NCBI RefSeq assembly: GCF_009914755.1
Contig: NC_060929.1
Direction: 5' to 3' (one strand)
DNA from: the human T2T-CHM13v2.0 reference genome, Homo sapiens
Length of the DNA stretch: 64,000 nucleotides
Shown here: positions 27,084-44,200 of the stretch, piece by piece
Layout of the letters: each line of letters opens with the position of its first letter
Position numbering within the stretch: position 1 is the stretch's first letter
The notes under the pieces: model-generated
What the model was told of the DNA's origin: nothing
The model's database searches: none
Seen by the model: the letters and a program-made list of their open reading frames with translations, nothing else
Program-made: the position numbers and the translations under genes

Positions 27084-28947
27084 CAACAGTTAGTTTTTTA
27101 ACTTTTGTCCTTGTCCCTTGTTCACCCCTTTAATAGTTCCCAGTATCCATTGTTGACATCTTAATATCCATGAATACCCAATATTTAACTCCCACTTATA
27201 AGTGAGAACATGTGGTATTTGGTTTTCTGTTCCTATGTTAATTTGCTTAGGATAATGGCATTCAGCTGCATCCATGTTGCAACAAAGGACATGATTTTAT
27301 TCCTTTTTATGGCTGCATAGTAGTAGTCCATGGTGTATATGTACCATATTTTGTTTATCCAGTCCTCCACTGATGGGTACCTAGGTCGATTCCATGTCTT
27401 CACTATTATGAATAGTGCGATGATGAATGTAGTGCACGTGTCTTTCTGATAGAACAATTTATTTTCTTTTGAGTATATACCCAGTAATGTAATTGCTGAA
27501 CCAAATGGTAGTTCTGTTTTGAGTTCTTTGAGAAATCTCCAAGCTGCTTTCCACAGTGGCTGTACTCATTTACTGCCACCAACAGTGTGTAAGCATTCCC
27601 TTTTCTCCACAGCCTTGACAGCATCTGTTGTTTTTTGACTTTTTAACATTCTGAATGCTGTGAGGTGGTATCATATTGTGGTTGTGATTTGCATTTCCAT
27701 GATTATTAGTAATGTTCAGCATTTTTTTACATGTTTGCTGGCTATTTGAGTGTCTTCTTTTGAAAAATGTCCATGTCTTTTGCCCACTTTTTAATGTGGT
27801 TGTTTTTTGCTTGTTGAATTATTTAAGTTCCTTATAGACTCTGGATATTAGACCTTTTTCAGATACATAGTTTGAGAGCATTTTCCCCATTCTGTAGGCT
27901 GTTTACTCTGTTGATAGCTTATTTTACTGTGCAGAGGCCCATTATTTTAGTTAGATCCTACTTGTCAATTTTTGTATCTGTTGCAATTGCTTTTGAGGTC
28001 TTAATCATAAATTCTTTCCCAAGACCAATGTCCAGAATGGTATCCCCTTGGTTTTCTTCTAGGATTCTTAGAGTTTGAGGTCTTACCTCTAAATCTTTGA
28101 GCTATCTTGAGTTAATTTTTCTATATGGCGAAAGGTAGAGATCCAGTTTCAATCTTCTGCATATGGCTAACCATCTATCCCAGCACCATCTATTAAATAG
28201 GGAGTCCTTTCCCCACTGGTTATTTTTGTTGACTTTGTTGAAGATCAGATGGCTATAGCTGTGTGGCTTTATTTTTGGGTTCTCTATTCTGTTCCATTGG
28301 TCTGTCTTTTTGTACCAGTACCGTGCTGTTTTGGTTACTGTAGCATTATTGTTTGGTTTGAAGTAGGTTAATGTGATGTCTCTGGCTTTGTTGTTTTTGC
28401 TTAGGATTGCTTTAGCTATTCAAGCTCTTTTTTGGTTCTGTATGAATTGTAGAAATTTTTTTTCTAATTATGTGAAAAATGTCATTGGTATATTGATAGG
28501 AATAGCGTTGCATCTGTGAATTGCTTTGGGTAGTATGGCCATTTTAGTGATATTGATTTTTCCTATCCATGAGCATGGAATGCTTTTCCATTTGTGTGAT
28601 CCATGATTTCTTTCAGTAGTATTTTGTAGTTCTCCTTGTAGAGATCTTGTATTTCTAGGTATTTTATTTTGGCATGTGGCTATTGTGAATGAAATTGTGT
28701 CCTTGATTTGGCTCTCAGCTGACATTATTGGTATATAGAAATGCTGCTAATTTTTGTACACTGATTTTGTATTCTGAAACTTCACTGAAGTCAGTTCCAG
28801 GAGTCTTGACAGAGTTTCTAGGATCTTATAGGTATAGAATTGTGTCATCAGCAAAGAGAGATCATTTGACCTCTCTTCCTATTTGGATGGCTTTTATTTC
28901 TTTCTCTTGCCTGATTGCTCTGGCTAGGACTTCCAGTACTATATTGA

Positions 28948-29404
<457 letters not shown>

Positions 29405-30299
29405 CGGATCTCATTATTTTGAGGTGTATACCATCAATCTCTAATTTGTTGAGGGTTTATCATGAAGAGATGCTTGATTTTAGTGAAGGCTTTTACTACA
29501 ACTATTGAGATGTTTATATGGTTTTTGTTTTTAATTCTGTTTATGTGGAGAATCATGTTCATTAATTTGCATGTTTGCATTGATTTGACTTTTTGATGTG
29601 CTGCTGGATTTGGTTTGTTGAGAATTTTTGCATCTGTGTTCATAAGGATATTGGCTTGTATTTTTCTTTTTTCATTGTGTCTTTGCTGGCTTTGTAGAAT
29701 GAGTTAGAGAGGGGTCCCTCCTCCTCCTATTTTGGAAATAGTTTCAGTAGAATTGATACCAGCTGTTATTTGTAAGTCTGGTGGAATGCAGCTGTAAATC
29801 TACCTGGTCCAGGGCTTTTTTTCAGAACTCAGTATTTGTCTATTCAGTGTTTCAATTCCTTCCTGATTAAATCTTGGGAGGTTGCGTGTTTCCAGGAATT
29901 TATCCATTTTTCCTAGATTTTCTAGTTTGTGTTCGTAGAAGTGTTTGTAATAGTCTCTGAGGATCTTTTGTATTTCTGCAAGAACAGTTGCATTGTTACC
30001 TTTGTAATTTCTGCTTGTGCTTATTTGGATCTTCTCTCTCTCTCTCTCTCCCTGTTCATTTACATAGCAATCTATTAATCTTGTTTACCCTTTCAAAAAA
30101 AAAGAAACTACTTTGGGTTTTATTGATTCTTGATATGGGTTTTTAGGTATCAATTCTGTTCAATTTTGCTCTAACTTTAGTTATTTCTTTTCTTCTGCCA
30201 TCTTTGGGGTTTATTTCTTGCTTTTCTAGTTCCTATAGGTGTGATGTTAGATCATTAGTTTGAGATCTTTCTAACTCTTTGAGGTAGGCATTTGGCACT

Positions 30300-32740
<2,441 letters not shown>

Positions 32741-33300
32741 GAATACAGACATCTGGAATTTTTTCAAAATCTTGGCAAGGTATATATTACTATCCCTATT
32801 TTACAACTAAAGGAATGAATCTCTTGGATTTCAAAAGTATTCTTTTTAATGTTATGTGATGCTTCCCTATATTCTCCTCCATCTTTGTGTGTCATGTTGA
32901 GAAGAGTTTTGGGTCCACCAAATTTGAGAAAATGAATGCTGTTTAGGAATTGTTCGGGAATATTTGCCAGAGTGGATGAGTGGTGTGCCTATATAATGTT
33001 GTTTTGAAACGCAATTGTTTGGGGTGAGCACATTAAGTAATTTAGGTGCTTTTTACTCAAAGACATATTGTGTCTCCTGTATTCTAGACTGGGGTTATTG
33101 AGCCCTGGCTCCCTCTTATTCAGTTGTGAATTTTTCATATTCTCACACAAGGAGTATATTAATTCCTTATATTCATATTTATATTTACTTATGTAATACT
33201 TTCAAAAGTATATGTCACTTTTGATACCTCTCACAATCCTGTGAGAGAAATAGGATGGAATAACCATCTTACCTATGAGAAAAAATTTCAGAGTGAAAAA

Positions 33301-33422
33301 CCTGGGCTCAGTGCTATGTATCTTTAGTCTCAGCCACTTAGGAAGCTGAGGCTGAAGGATAACTTGAGCCCAAGTGTTGAAGTCTAAGTCCAGTCTTGGC
33401 ATCATGGTGAGACTCTGCCTCT

Positions 33423-33457
<35 letters not shown>
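33301..33457 (+). mobile_element. FLAM_A-like Alu monomer with (GA)n tail, inside a MIR (-, ~33190-33530)
   Basis: cagccacttaggaagctgaggctgaaggataacttgagcccaag..catggtgagactctgcctct followed by a long GA repeat. Confidence 0.8.
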
Positions 33458-33462
<5 letters not shown>

Positions 33463-33644
33463 AAAACTCAAAGAAGTTAATTGCTAAGGGCCACACGGCT
33501 AGCAGTGGCAGATTTAAAAACTGGCCCAGTGATATTTTTCTTTTCTGTTAAATGAATGAATTATGTATGTTCTTTACAACCTGTGTGTTAAGAGTGCCAT
33601 CTTTCCACTAATACATAAATATAATTTCTTTGTGACATGTGGTA

Positions 33645-33905
33645 TTACAGAGAGGCTAAGATGTAAGACTTTGAAGATTAACCCATATTTAAATCTCTGC
33701 TGTGCTACTAACCAGCCACTGGGATTTGGGCAAGTATTATAGCCACACTATGCCTCAGTACCTTTATCTGGAAAACTGGGATAAAAATGCTTAACCCAGG
33801 TTTTGTTATGAGGACTAAATGAAACAATGGATGTAAAATTTTTGTGCAGTCTGGGATGCAGAAAGTACTTAAATAGTAGTTGTTAGTATTGCTACTTTGT
33901 TATTA
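33645..33905 (+). mobile_element. MIR
   Basis: ttggggcaagtattatagccacactatgcctcagtacctttatctggaaaactgggataa; tgaggactaaatga. Confidence 0.8.
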
Positions 33906-34534
33906 ATAAAGATTATGATCTATATTCTGGCATTACGAACAAGATTTTGCTTTCTTAATTTAGAATCAAAAGTGAATTCTTTGTTTGGCCTTATTTATAG
34001 AATTCCAAAAAGCTAAAAATTTTCTTTGCCCTCTTGTGGAAAATAGTAACCGTGTAAGTACAGATGTCCAGAATGTTGAGCAGTGTTTTTGCTTCCAGGG
34101 AATCTCATGCTACATTTGGAGCTTGAAGTTAGGACATTTTGGGAACTGTAATTTGGAAGATCTGTAAGAAAGAAAAATAAAGCCTGGAACATTGATAGAT
34201 TGAGTGGGCTGGTTTATTTCACTTCTCATTAAATATTTTTCCTCTCTTTTTAATCAATCATCTTAATTTCCAGCTATGCGCTAGTAATGGTGCCGTTAAT
34301 AGGTTTTAACACTTCAACTCATCTTGGTATCAGGAAGCAAAAAGGAGTAATCCTTGTAGAGAGGAATGGGGAAAACCTTTCTGTTATTTAGGAGTCAAGA
34401 AGTTGAATTTGGGAAAGAAAAGGAAAGGCCTATTTTCACGCCTCAAACAGAACCAAAGGTACTATAAAACTTAGTAAGGCACATTCTGACATTCTAAACA
34501 TTCCTATGACCTTAGGTAACATCAAAGAATTTCA

Positions 34535-34860
34535 GTGTGACGAACAGACTTGAACATAGACCTGTGACCCTCATCTCCCAGTGTTCATGCCCTTGCATAA
34601 TCCCTACCCTCAAGTGTGAGCAGGACCTGTAGGATGCTTCTAAGTAATATCCCAAAGAGGGTGGAATATGTCACGCCTATGATTATACTACCCATATGGC
34701 TGAGGTGATGAGTTGGCACTCCTATGATTATGTTATATCATATGACACTTAGTTTTGACTTCTTTATTACTGGCTGAGTTTGAAGAAACAAGTTGCCATG
34801 AGTCCTACAGCCAAGAAAACTTCTCAAAACCAACAAAATTAATTCCAACAACTTAAACGA
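34535..34860 (+). mobile_element. MLT1E/F-like MaLR LTR fragment
   Basis: gtgttcatgcccttgcataatccc..gtgtgagcaggacctgt..tttgaagaaacaagttgccatgagtcctacagcca. Confidence 0.65.
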
Positions 34861-36270
34861 GATTTCCAATCCCAGTGTCAAATGACTTTCTCCCAAAGTT
34901 CTTCAAATAGATCTAAATATTATTTTTTCTTAACATTAGGTCTCTAAATTATCAGGAATTTTTATATATAATGTGAAATAATTTTGATTTTATGTTTTTT
35001 TTTCAAGTGGAAACACTATTAAATAATTTTGCTTTTCCTTCAGATTCGTGATATCTTGTTTCTTATATTCTGAGTTGTCAAATGCTTTAGTCTGTTTCTA
35101 GATTCTCTGTACTCTTCATTGATGTGTTTGTCTATCCATACACTAATGCCATACACCACATTGTTATACTCTTACAGGAATTCTGTTTGATTTGATTGTA
35201 ATGGTCTTGAATTTTGCAGATTAATTCAGAGGAAATTTTTACATCTAATATATTTAATGTTCCCAACTACAAATGTGATTATCTCTCCATCATTTGCTTA
35301 GATCTTTTCTGTGACTTTCACCAACATTTCAAAATTTTCTCCACAAAATACTCAACATGTATTATTCGGTCCATTTTTTGACTCATACAGTTTTATTATT
35401 GCTGTGATGGTAGCAATTTTCCTTTTATGTTAATTCTTTAATTATTAACAATATACAAATATTTATTGATTTTTGTAGTTGACTCTATATCCAATAACCA
35501 TGCTGAATCATCTTATATGTTCTGGTAGTTTGATTTTTTTGTGGGGGGATTTTCTGTATACACAACTTATTAGCAAATGACAAAACTTTCTAATATTTAT
35601 ATATACCAATTATTTTCCATATCTTATTCCATTGGTTAAGATCTTCAGTAAAATAATGACAGAAGTTAAAATGGGAGTCTTCATCTTGTATCTATAATGG
35701 GAATGCTCCTAAAGTTTCATCATTAAATATTACATTTACTGTAGGATTTATCAGAAGAAAAATTGTTCTTGCTATTCCTTGTTTGGTAAAAACTTTTAAT
35801 AGTAAAATGTGTTATTAAGAATATCTAATGATTTTTCTGCGTGCATTGAGATCACCATGTTTTTCACAATTGATTATATATAAGGGTAGCAAATTAGCAT
35901 GGTGATTTTTTTAATATTATGACTTTGAAACAATGTTGGGACAAACCCTACCTAGACATGATTTATTATATTTAAAATACGGCTGGACTCAACTAATGGG
36001 TATTTTACTTGGGAATTCTACATCCATGTTTATAAATTAAATCGGTTAATAATTCTATTTGCTTATAATATCCCTTTTTAGTTTTGATGGAAAAAAAGAA
36101 GTTCTAGTCTCATAAACTGAGTTGGGCAGTTGCCTTTTTTTCTGTTATTTGAAACAATTTACATAAATATAATTTAAATGTTCTTTGAACATTTGTTAAA
36201 TTTCTTTGTAAAACTGTCTTTGCCTGGAATCTTCATGAGAGAGAAATTTTAAAAATATTTCTAATTGTTT
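34860..36270 (-). mobile_element. Highly decayed L1ME-like ORF2 fragment
   Basis: Antisense L1 motifs tctagattctctgtactc, gatttttgtagttgactctatatcc, gggaatgctcctaaagtttcatcattaaatat. Confidence 0.65.
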
Positions 36271-37354
36271 GAGGTTGGAAGGAAAAATTTGCTGTGTCAG
36301 CTTAGTCTGCTTTTCTGAAAATAAATCCCTTTTTAAAAATATATATTATATTTTTTTCCACCAATGGTAAACAAAGATGCCTCTTTGTGAGCCTTTAAAA
36401 TTTCAAGTTAAAAAAAAAAGACCCAATCAATAGAGCATTTAGGGGATGATCTGTCTATATTCAGTGGCCTGTGTTTGACGTCAGGAAACTTTACTCTCCC
36501 TTCAAAGTGGGTACTGTCATTTGACTCCCACCCAAATGTTGTGTACCATCATTCCTGGCCTGTGTAATAACCAATAATCAGAGCTGTCATTTAGTGTACC
36601 TTCTTGCTACCCTTATAATCAATAAGAACCTTATGAGAAAATTTTTTTGTTTGTATTTTACACAAAAAGAAAAAAGGTGATTAGAGAAATGAAATAAATT
36701 GGCTAGGGTTACTTGGCTGAGGAAGTGACAGAGGAGAGTTGTGAAACCATGTGTATCTGATTCATTACATCATGGCTGGCATTTCAGAAATATTTGCTGT
36801 TTCCCTTTAATCCTTGCTTTAATGCACAGTCTCCAGCTAAAGACTTATTTGCCAATCCAATTTTCCCTCAAGTTTAATTTGCTTTTATTAACTCCTTTCA
36901 TAATCTCTTTGGCAAAAACAATGTTTGCAGTGTTTTGTTTGGGCAAAAACAGTGTTAATATTCTCCATGCTGTTCCTGTTTCTTTTACTTTCTCCCCTAA
37001 GTTATCTGTGTATAGTCTTTCATTTGTTTGGCTGGGTTTATTAACACAGTCTCAACAGATGCATTTAGTTGAACAAAGAATATGAATAATATTTTTCTTT
37101 AATTGCCATTAACTGATCATACAACTGAATAAAGCCTTTTAGTCAAAATGTCAGAACCATCAGAAAAACTTGTTTCATTGTTTCTGTGTTCCAGTAGACC
37201 TCTGCTTCAGCACATGAGAGAGACAAGATTAGTGGGGGCTTTGAAAAGCACTCTGTTTGTATCAGAATGACTTGATCGTGAATTCCAGCTTCACCATTTT
37301 TAATGGGAGACAAAGGGAACTTAGCAAATTGCACTGTTTGACATACTTCTCCCC

Positions 37355-38470
37355 CTTTTTTATTTTTAGAGATATAATTCACATACCATGAAATTCACCA
37401 TTTAAAAAGTGCTATTTAATGCTTTTGGGTATATTCACAAAGTTGTACAACAATCACTACTATCTAATTCCAGAACATTTTTATCACCCCAAAAAGAAAT
37501 CTGTACCTGTTAGCAGTCACCCCCCATACCACTTTCCTCTCAACCCCTGGCAACCACTATTCTACTTCCTCTATCTATGAGTTTGACTACCATAAGTACG
37601 TCATGTCAGTGGGATCACATAGTATTTGTCCTTTCATGATTGCCTTATTTTACTTGGCATAATGTCCTCAAGGTTCATCCATGTTGTAGCATATATTAAT
37701 ACTTCTTTCCTTTTAATGACTGAATAGCATTTCATTGTATGAAGACCACATATTAGTTATCCATTCATCAGTTGATGAACATCTATGTTCCTTCCATTTT
37801 TGGCTATTACAAGTAATGCTGCTATGAACATTGATGTACAAGTTTTTGTGTGAACATGTTTTAATTTCTCTTGAGTATATACCTATGAGTGAAATTGCTG
37901 TATCACATGGTAGCTCTATGTTCAAGTTTGTGGGGAACAGCCAGACTATTGTCCACAGTGGCTGCATCATTTTATATTTCCATTAGAAATGTAGGAAGGT
38001 TAAAATTACTTCATATCCTCACCAACACTTGCTAGTTTTCTTCCTTTTTTTAGAGATGGGGGGTCTTATATGTTGCCCGGGGTGGTCTCAAACTCCTGGC
38101 TCGAGTGATCCTCCTGCCTCAACCTCCCAAAGTGCTGGGATTACAAGCATGAGCCACCATGCCTGGGTCTTCTTTTTTTTTTTTTGATTATGGCTATCTT
38201 AGTGGGTTTTAAGTGGCATCTCATAGTTTTGATTTGCATTTCATTAATGACTAATGATTTTGAGCATTTTTTCTTGCGCTTATTGACCATTTATATATCT
38301 TACTTGGAGAAATGTCTATTGAAATCCTTTGCCCATTCTTAAATTGAATTGTTTGTCCATTATTGTTATAAGGGTTATTCTATATTCTGGATACTAGTTC
38401 CTTAACAGATATATGAGTTGCAAATATTTATTTCCATTTGTGAGTTGAATTTTTACGTTCTTGATAACTG
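37355..38470 (-). mobile_element. L1MB-like 3' end with FLAM_C insert (-, 38045-38168)
   Basis: gagatataattcacataccatgaaattcacc..ccagaacatttttatcaccccaaaaagaaa; ORF 37713-37970 resembles the ORF2 C-terminus. Confidence 0.9.
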
Positions 38471-39424
38471 ATGCACTTAGATGCAATCTTATTTAATCTA
38501 GTAGTATCTTTATGAAGTAGGCAATGTTAGATCCATTTTTAGGCTGAGGAAACAGAGTCAGAGAGGTTATATGGCTTGCTGAAGATCACACACTAGTAGG
38601 AGGCAGAAGGCAGATTTAAGCCTAATTTTTGGTTCAATGCCCATAAGCTTGCTAACCATGCCTACTGCCTCCTTACAAGATAGCAATGCAAGTCATGCTC
38701 CAAAGCAGTACATGATTCATGACCAACCAAGACATATAGATACAGCTATAGGTTCAGACAATGTATACACGTGTAGAGGCCAAAGAAATCTAAGGAAATT
38801 TCAGAGATTCAGAGTTTCAAAAGGTTAGGTAGATCGGAACATGGAGCATTCTGAGAATATTGTTAGCAAGGGCCCTAAAGTGGGAGCACAAAGTTGATTC
38901 AAAGAACAATAAATAAACCCCTGGGGCTGAAGTGGAGGATATTATAGGTAACAGTGAGAGATGAGACTAGAAAAGTAATTTATGTCAGATGATGGAGTAT
39001 ATAGGTGTTTATTATTATTATTATTAGCTGATGTTAGGCAATGATAAACCATGGAAGGCTTTCAAAATGTAGAATTTTAGGGCAATTAACCTGGCAGAGT
39101 AGATGAATGGACAGAAGGACTAGAAGATGACGACACTGTTTGAAACTGAATGCAGATTTTTATAAAATGATAAAAGCCTAGTAGAAATGGTGGGGTGAAA
39201 AATGAAAAAGTATGAAAAGACACAAGAAATGTTTCAAAGAAATAATCTTTAAGTCGTGATGAGTTGCTACATGTATAAAGGAATCTACATGCGAATTCTA
39301 CAAGATAAATATGGAGTAATAATAATAAAAATAATGCCGGACATTGAACGGGTATTTTTTATTTGCCAGGGGAAAGAAAAACACCATGAACAATTTTAGT
39401 CTTGATGAACAGGTAGAGATTTAG

Positions 39425-39724
<300 letters not shown>

Positions 39725-40219
39725 TGAATGTGTTATGTTATTTAATCCCCACAGCAACTCTTTTTTGCAGATGAGAAACATGGGGCTCAGGGAGGTCCAG
39801 CAACTTGGTCCGAGTTGAAGAGTTAATAAGATATGAAGTAAGCCCTCAAGCCCAGACCTGTTATAATACAGAGCAAAGAATCAAAAAAAGCTTTGGGTTT
39901 TTAATCTTGAAAAACTGGGAGTATACTAAAATCTCTAACTGAAATAGAGTTCAGGCATTTAAAAGAAACTTGAGGAAGAAGGTGTTTTGTCTTGGGCTTC
40001 AATTGAAGAAGGGCCATTTACTTGGGAATGTTTAAAACAAAGGGAGAAAGAAAAAGGGAGGAAGGCAAGGGGTGAGAGAGAAATAGGAAGGGAAGGGAGA
40101 GAGAATCTATAGTATGTGCAAAGTAGGAGGTTGAAGCCATGAGGTGAATAGTCATCAAGGTAGAATGGGCAGCGTGAAGAAGAAAATGCTGGATGTTAAG
40201 GAAGGTGGAGGGGAGAAGC

Positions 40220-40314
40220 AAGAAGAAGAAGAAGAAGAAGAAGGAGAAGGAGGAGGAGGAGGAGGAGGAGGAAAGAAGAAGAGAAGAAGAAGAAGAAGAG
40301 GAAGAGGAGGAAGA
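40220..40314 (+). repeat. Pure purine compound (AAG)/(GAG) repeat, 95 nt
   Basis: (AAG)8-GAG-AAG-(GAG)7-...-(GAA)5-...; no pyrimidine in the span. Confidence 0.97.
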
Positions 40315-40999
40315 TGATGAATGGTCAGAGAAGTAACAGGAGAACATGAAGGTGGAGTTAAAGAGAGGGTGTGTCAGAAAGTCAAGAACAGCAAAGACTG
40401 AGAAAGGCAATGCCGCATGGTGTCTTGTGGTGCTTTTGCAAACCTCTTTCAGAGAGAAGTAAGTGATGTAGGTGCAGTCCAGGGACTTGAGGTATTAGAA
40501 AGTGAATAGAAAAATGTGGGCCATATGGGTGGAGGATTTAATTAAATCAGTTGGGCAGTGTTTGGAAGGAAAGAGCACTGAAGTTAGAGGAACACCAGGG
40601 TCTAGAGATTAGTCTGGATCTGATGGAATTATGTGTATTTTTGAAGACAGAAGGAAGAAATACAGGTGGAGGGATCAAACAAAAGCAGCTTTAAGTGAAA
40701 GAGATGCATTTCTAATCGTACTAAGGAAGCTACTAGTGGAAAGTTTCCATTGTTGTTTTTTAAAGTCAAAAGCTCATGTTTATTTTCAGGCAGTGTAATA
40801 GGGTTTTCTCTCAACAGCCCTACCAGGTAAATCCTATTCGTTCTTTTTCAAGAGAAAATGATCCTTGTTTTGGAGGCATTGGGCCATTCTTCTATCCCCG
40901 AAATCACACAAAGTGGGTGATTACCCATGAGCTTACATTTAAGAGCAGTTCTTTCCATGAATTTTACTCACAGGAATTTGGGTCACAAAAGTGGAGTAG

Positions 41000-41270
41000 T
41001 ATCATTGCTAATAAAAATAGCTAACAGTTCTATTTGCCACGTGCCTGGCACTTTTCTAAGTGTTCTATGTGTATTAACTCATTTAATTCTCCCAGCCACT
41101 CTAGACAAAGATACTAGTACAGGTGAGGAAACTGAGACTCAGAGAAGTTAAGTAACCCAAAATGATGGTGGTGGTGGTGGTGGTGGTGGTGGTGTCAGAA
41201 ATGAAGTATAGACAAGTGAGTTGCACCAATGTTTGTACTCTTCAATTCTACACTAGACTGCCTTAGTATT
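41000..41270 (-). mobile_element. MIR containing (TGG)9 at 41166-41192
   Basis: tattaactcatttaattctc..acaggtgaggaaactgagactcagagaagttaagtaac. Confidence 0.85.
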
Positions 41271-41649
41271 GTGTTGTCCTTTAGGATTTCCAAAGCACAT
41301 ATTTTATTTCTTTGATTCACAACTAACCATGTGGGATACGTTTACACTTTTTAGCAAATTCGAAACTGAGACACAGGAAAGTTAACACTCTGTTAGCAGC
41401 AAGTAAGAGATTGAATATGAAATGATATCCAGGTCTTCTTACTCTTAGATTTGTGTGTTTCTCCCTAGAGGATGACATAGGATAAAGGCGGTCAAGTCTG
41501 CAAATCAGAGATGTGGTGACCCATCCCACCTCTGAACTCACTGGCTATGTGATCACAGTCAAGTCCCTTGCCTAATCCAGCTCATGGTTTTCTTCTCTGT
41601 CAAATGAAGGGGTGAGATTTCATGATACTCTGGCTCTAGGACAATGAGG

Positions 41650-41945
41650 CCCAGCATAAACATGATGCCAGCCATGTATGTAATTTCCAGTTTTTCAGTA
41701 GCCACATTAAAAAGGTAAAATGCTATTAAGTGAAATTAATTTTATTGCATATATAATTTAACCCAGTTTATCCAATATATGATTATTTCAACATGAAATC
41801 AATATAAAAATTATCACATTCTGGTTTTAAGTCTTCCAAATTCGGTGTATATTTTATACACTCAACACATCTCAATTTGGACTAGCCACATTTCAAGTGC
41901 TCAATAGCCACATGTGGCTAGTGACTATAGTAGTGGACAGTGCAG
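41650..41945 (+). mobile_element. MER33 hAT-Charlie
   Basis: ctcaatttggactagccacatttcaagtgctcaatagccacatgtggctagtg..ggacagtgcag. Confidence 0.9.
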
Positions 41946-43893
41946 ATCTATATACTTCAAGCAGTAAGGACCACAGAATCTCTTCCCCAAAGACAGGTAG
42001 CTGGAACCATCACAGCCAGCAGCAGGTGCTGCTAAGATATTTGCCTGCCCATCTGCTTAGCTTCAAGTCCTTCTTTTTCTCAGGCTCTAAGGCATGTGCC
42101 TGCCTCAACTAAGTAGAGTGGGAAATTATAAATGATGATTCACTCCTTACAGCTCAAGCCCCTCAACAGTCAGTTCCCATGAAGCCCACACAACAAGGGC
42201 ATCATCTTTCCAGGCTGACAGCCCTGGGACAATGACATTTGTGGTAAATTAAGCGGAATGTTGATGAAAAATGAAGCGTGATCACAATCTAGCTGTACTA
42301 GCAGTTGGCAGAGTCTGCTGTGGCCCTTGACAAATGCATTCCTTTTTAGAACTTTCCATGGCATCCGAGTGCTGGATCATCTATTATCCTGCATGTTATG
42401 TATGAGGAGAGAAATGAAATGAAATGAAACTCACATAATCCTCGTAAAGGCAGATTTACTAGGTACCATCATAGTTGGTTTGGGGAGGAAATCCCCTTGC
42501 AAGAAGGCGTGCTTGTTAAAAACATCTTAATAGTAACAGGCCTTTTATCACAGTTCACAAGTATGGGTCAATCCTAGAAGAGTAGAGGGAGAATAGAATT
42601 TCCCTTTCAATAGTCAAACAGGCTGACTAAACCAGCACATTTATTAAAAACCTAAAGACCAGGAAGTTTTAACAATTATTCCATTTCAATTCACAGAGGT
42701 CCTAGAGATATGCCAGTCTGCTTCTGAGAACACAGGATAGTGCAAAATTGCTCCATGGTTAGAGGCTCTTAGGATAATCTCATAAAAATAAAAAGGCCTT
42801 AATGGCCACAAATGGCCATTATTACTATTCATAAACAACATTAACACTAGTGAATGCAGCAATAAAATGTTTAAGGATAATATAGCATTCCTCTGTGGTC
42901 AGGAATTGCTTTTGAAAGTGTACCTACTTGCAAACGTGATGAAGTGATATGAATTTGATATTGTGTTATAGAACTGGGAGGAATCTTAATGATCACTTGT
43001 TTCATAGCAATTAGAAACATGGTAATGTATGCCTCATATCGATGACAGATGCTACTAGTGAGTCTTTCTTCCCGCTAAACCTGAACATGGGCTTAACATT
43101 TTTCTTGACAAGGAGTTTCAGGCCACAAATTATAAAGCAATCAGTATTACCAAGGTGAGCCTGTTTCCCACCTCTCATCAAGTCCAACACTCTTACCTTA
43201 CACATGGGGAACACAAAGCTGGACAGTTAAGCTGCTCTCTAGAATCTCATTCACCAAAAACTCCTGGTTGAGGGGAAGACTGGAACCCAGGCATGCCTCC
43301 TGGGCTCTAGGTTTGTCCTCTTGCAACTACTTTCTACCTGTGGAAAGTTTGGGCTATAGGAAAGTTCCATATGCTATGCAGAAGTCTGTTTCTTGAGATT
43401 ATCTATCATTGGTGCCATGTTTGTAGTTCATGAAGACTAAATCCCATAGGGTCCCCCCAACCAATGAAGCAGCTTTTTAGATTCTTCAGAACAACTCTCA
43501 TGCCCCCATGCAGAGGCCACCATTATACTCACATTCTTCTTATGCTGTTGTTGTTATATTGTTCTCTGTCATTCTGGATAGGCTAGTGTGTGTTTAAATT
43601 GCTCTTAAGGAGTGATCTCCAGAAATGAGCACAGTGCTTGCTGTGTGGATGTAGCACTGCAGGGTAGGACACAGATCCAAGACAGAATATGGATTATTGA
43701 AGGGTTTAGAGTAAAAGTCCCCAGACCTTGGTCATTTACACACTATAATTACAATTATGTTTTTGCCTTGCATGCATTTAACCTTTATTACTTTTTATGT
43801 AATAATTCTTTAACACATTTACATTTTTTTTACATAAATTTACTTTCAAAAGAAACTTTTATTATCACAAATAAAAGAAAATATTTGACATAG

Positions 43894-44200
43894 GGCCAGG
43901 CACAGTGGCTCATGCCTGTAATCCCAGCACTTTGGGAGGCCAAGGCAGGAGAATCACTTGAGGTCAGGAGTTCAAGACCAACCTGGCCAATATGGTGAAA
44001 CCCTGTGTCTACTAAAAATATGAAAATTAGCTAGGCATGGTGGCAAGCATCTGCAATCCCAGCTACTTGTGAGGCTGAGACACAAGAATTGCTTGAACCC
44101 AGAGGCGGAGATTGCAGTGAGTCAAGATCACCCACTCCAGCCACGTGACAGAACAAGGCTCTGTCTCAAACAACAACAACAACAACAAGAAGAAACAAAC
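43894..44200 (+). mobile_element. AluS with (CAA)n tail
   Basis: Full dimer; TSD core ttgacata at 43885-43892 and 44201-44208. Confidence 0.95.

Noticed and set aside
36741-37085. 114-aa hydrophobic ORF (similarly 55807-56130 and 8869-9192)
   Set aside because: No recognisable domain or convincing exon structure; T-rich composition or repeat overlap explains the open frames.
40018-40410. 130-aa poly-Ser/Phe ORF
   Set aside because: It is the antisense reading of the GAA/GGA simple repeat.
41166-41192. (TGG)9 as a functional G-quadruplex
   Set aside because: Only GG tracts (two-tier at best), in an ordinary microsatellite inside a MIR.
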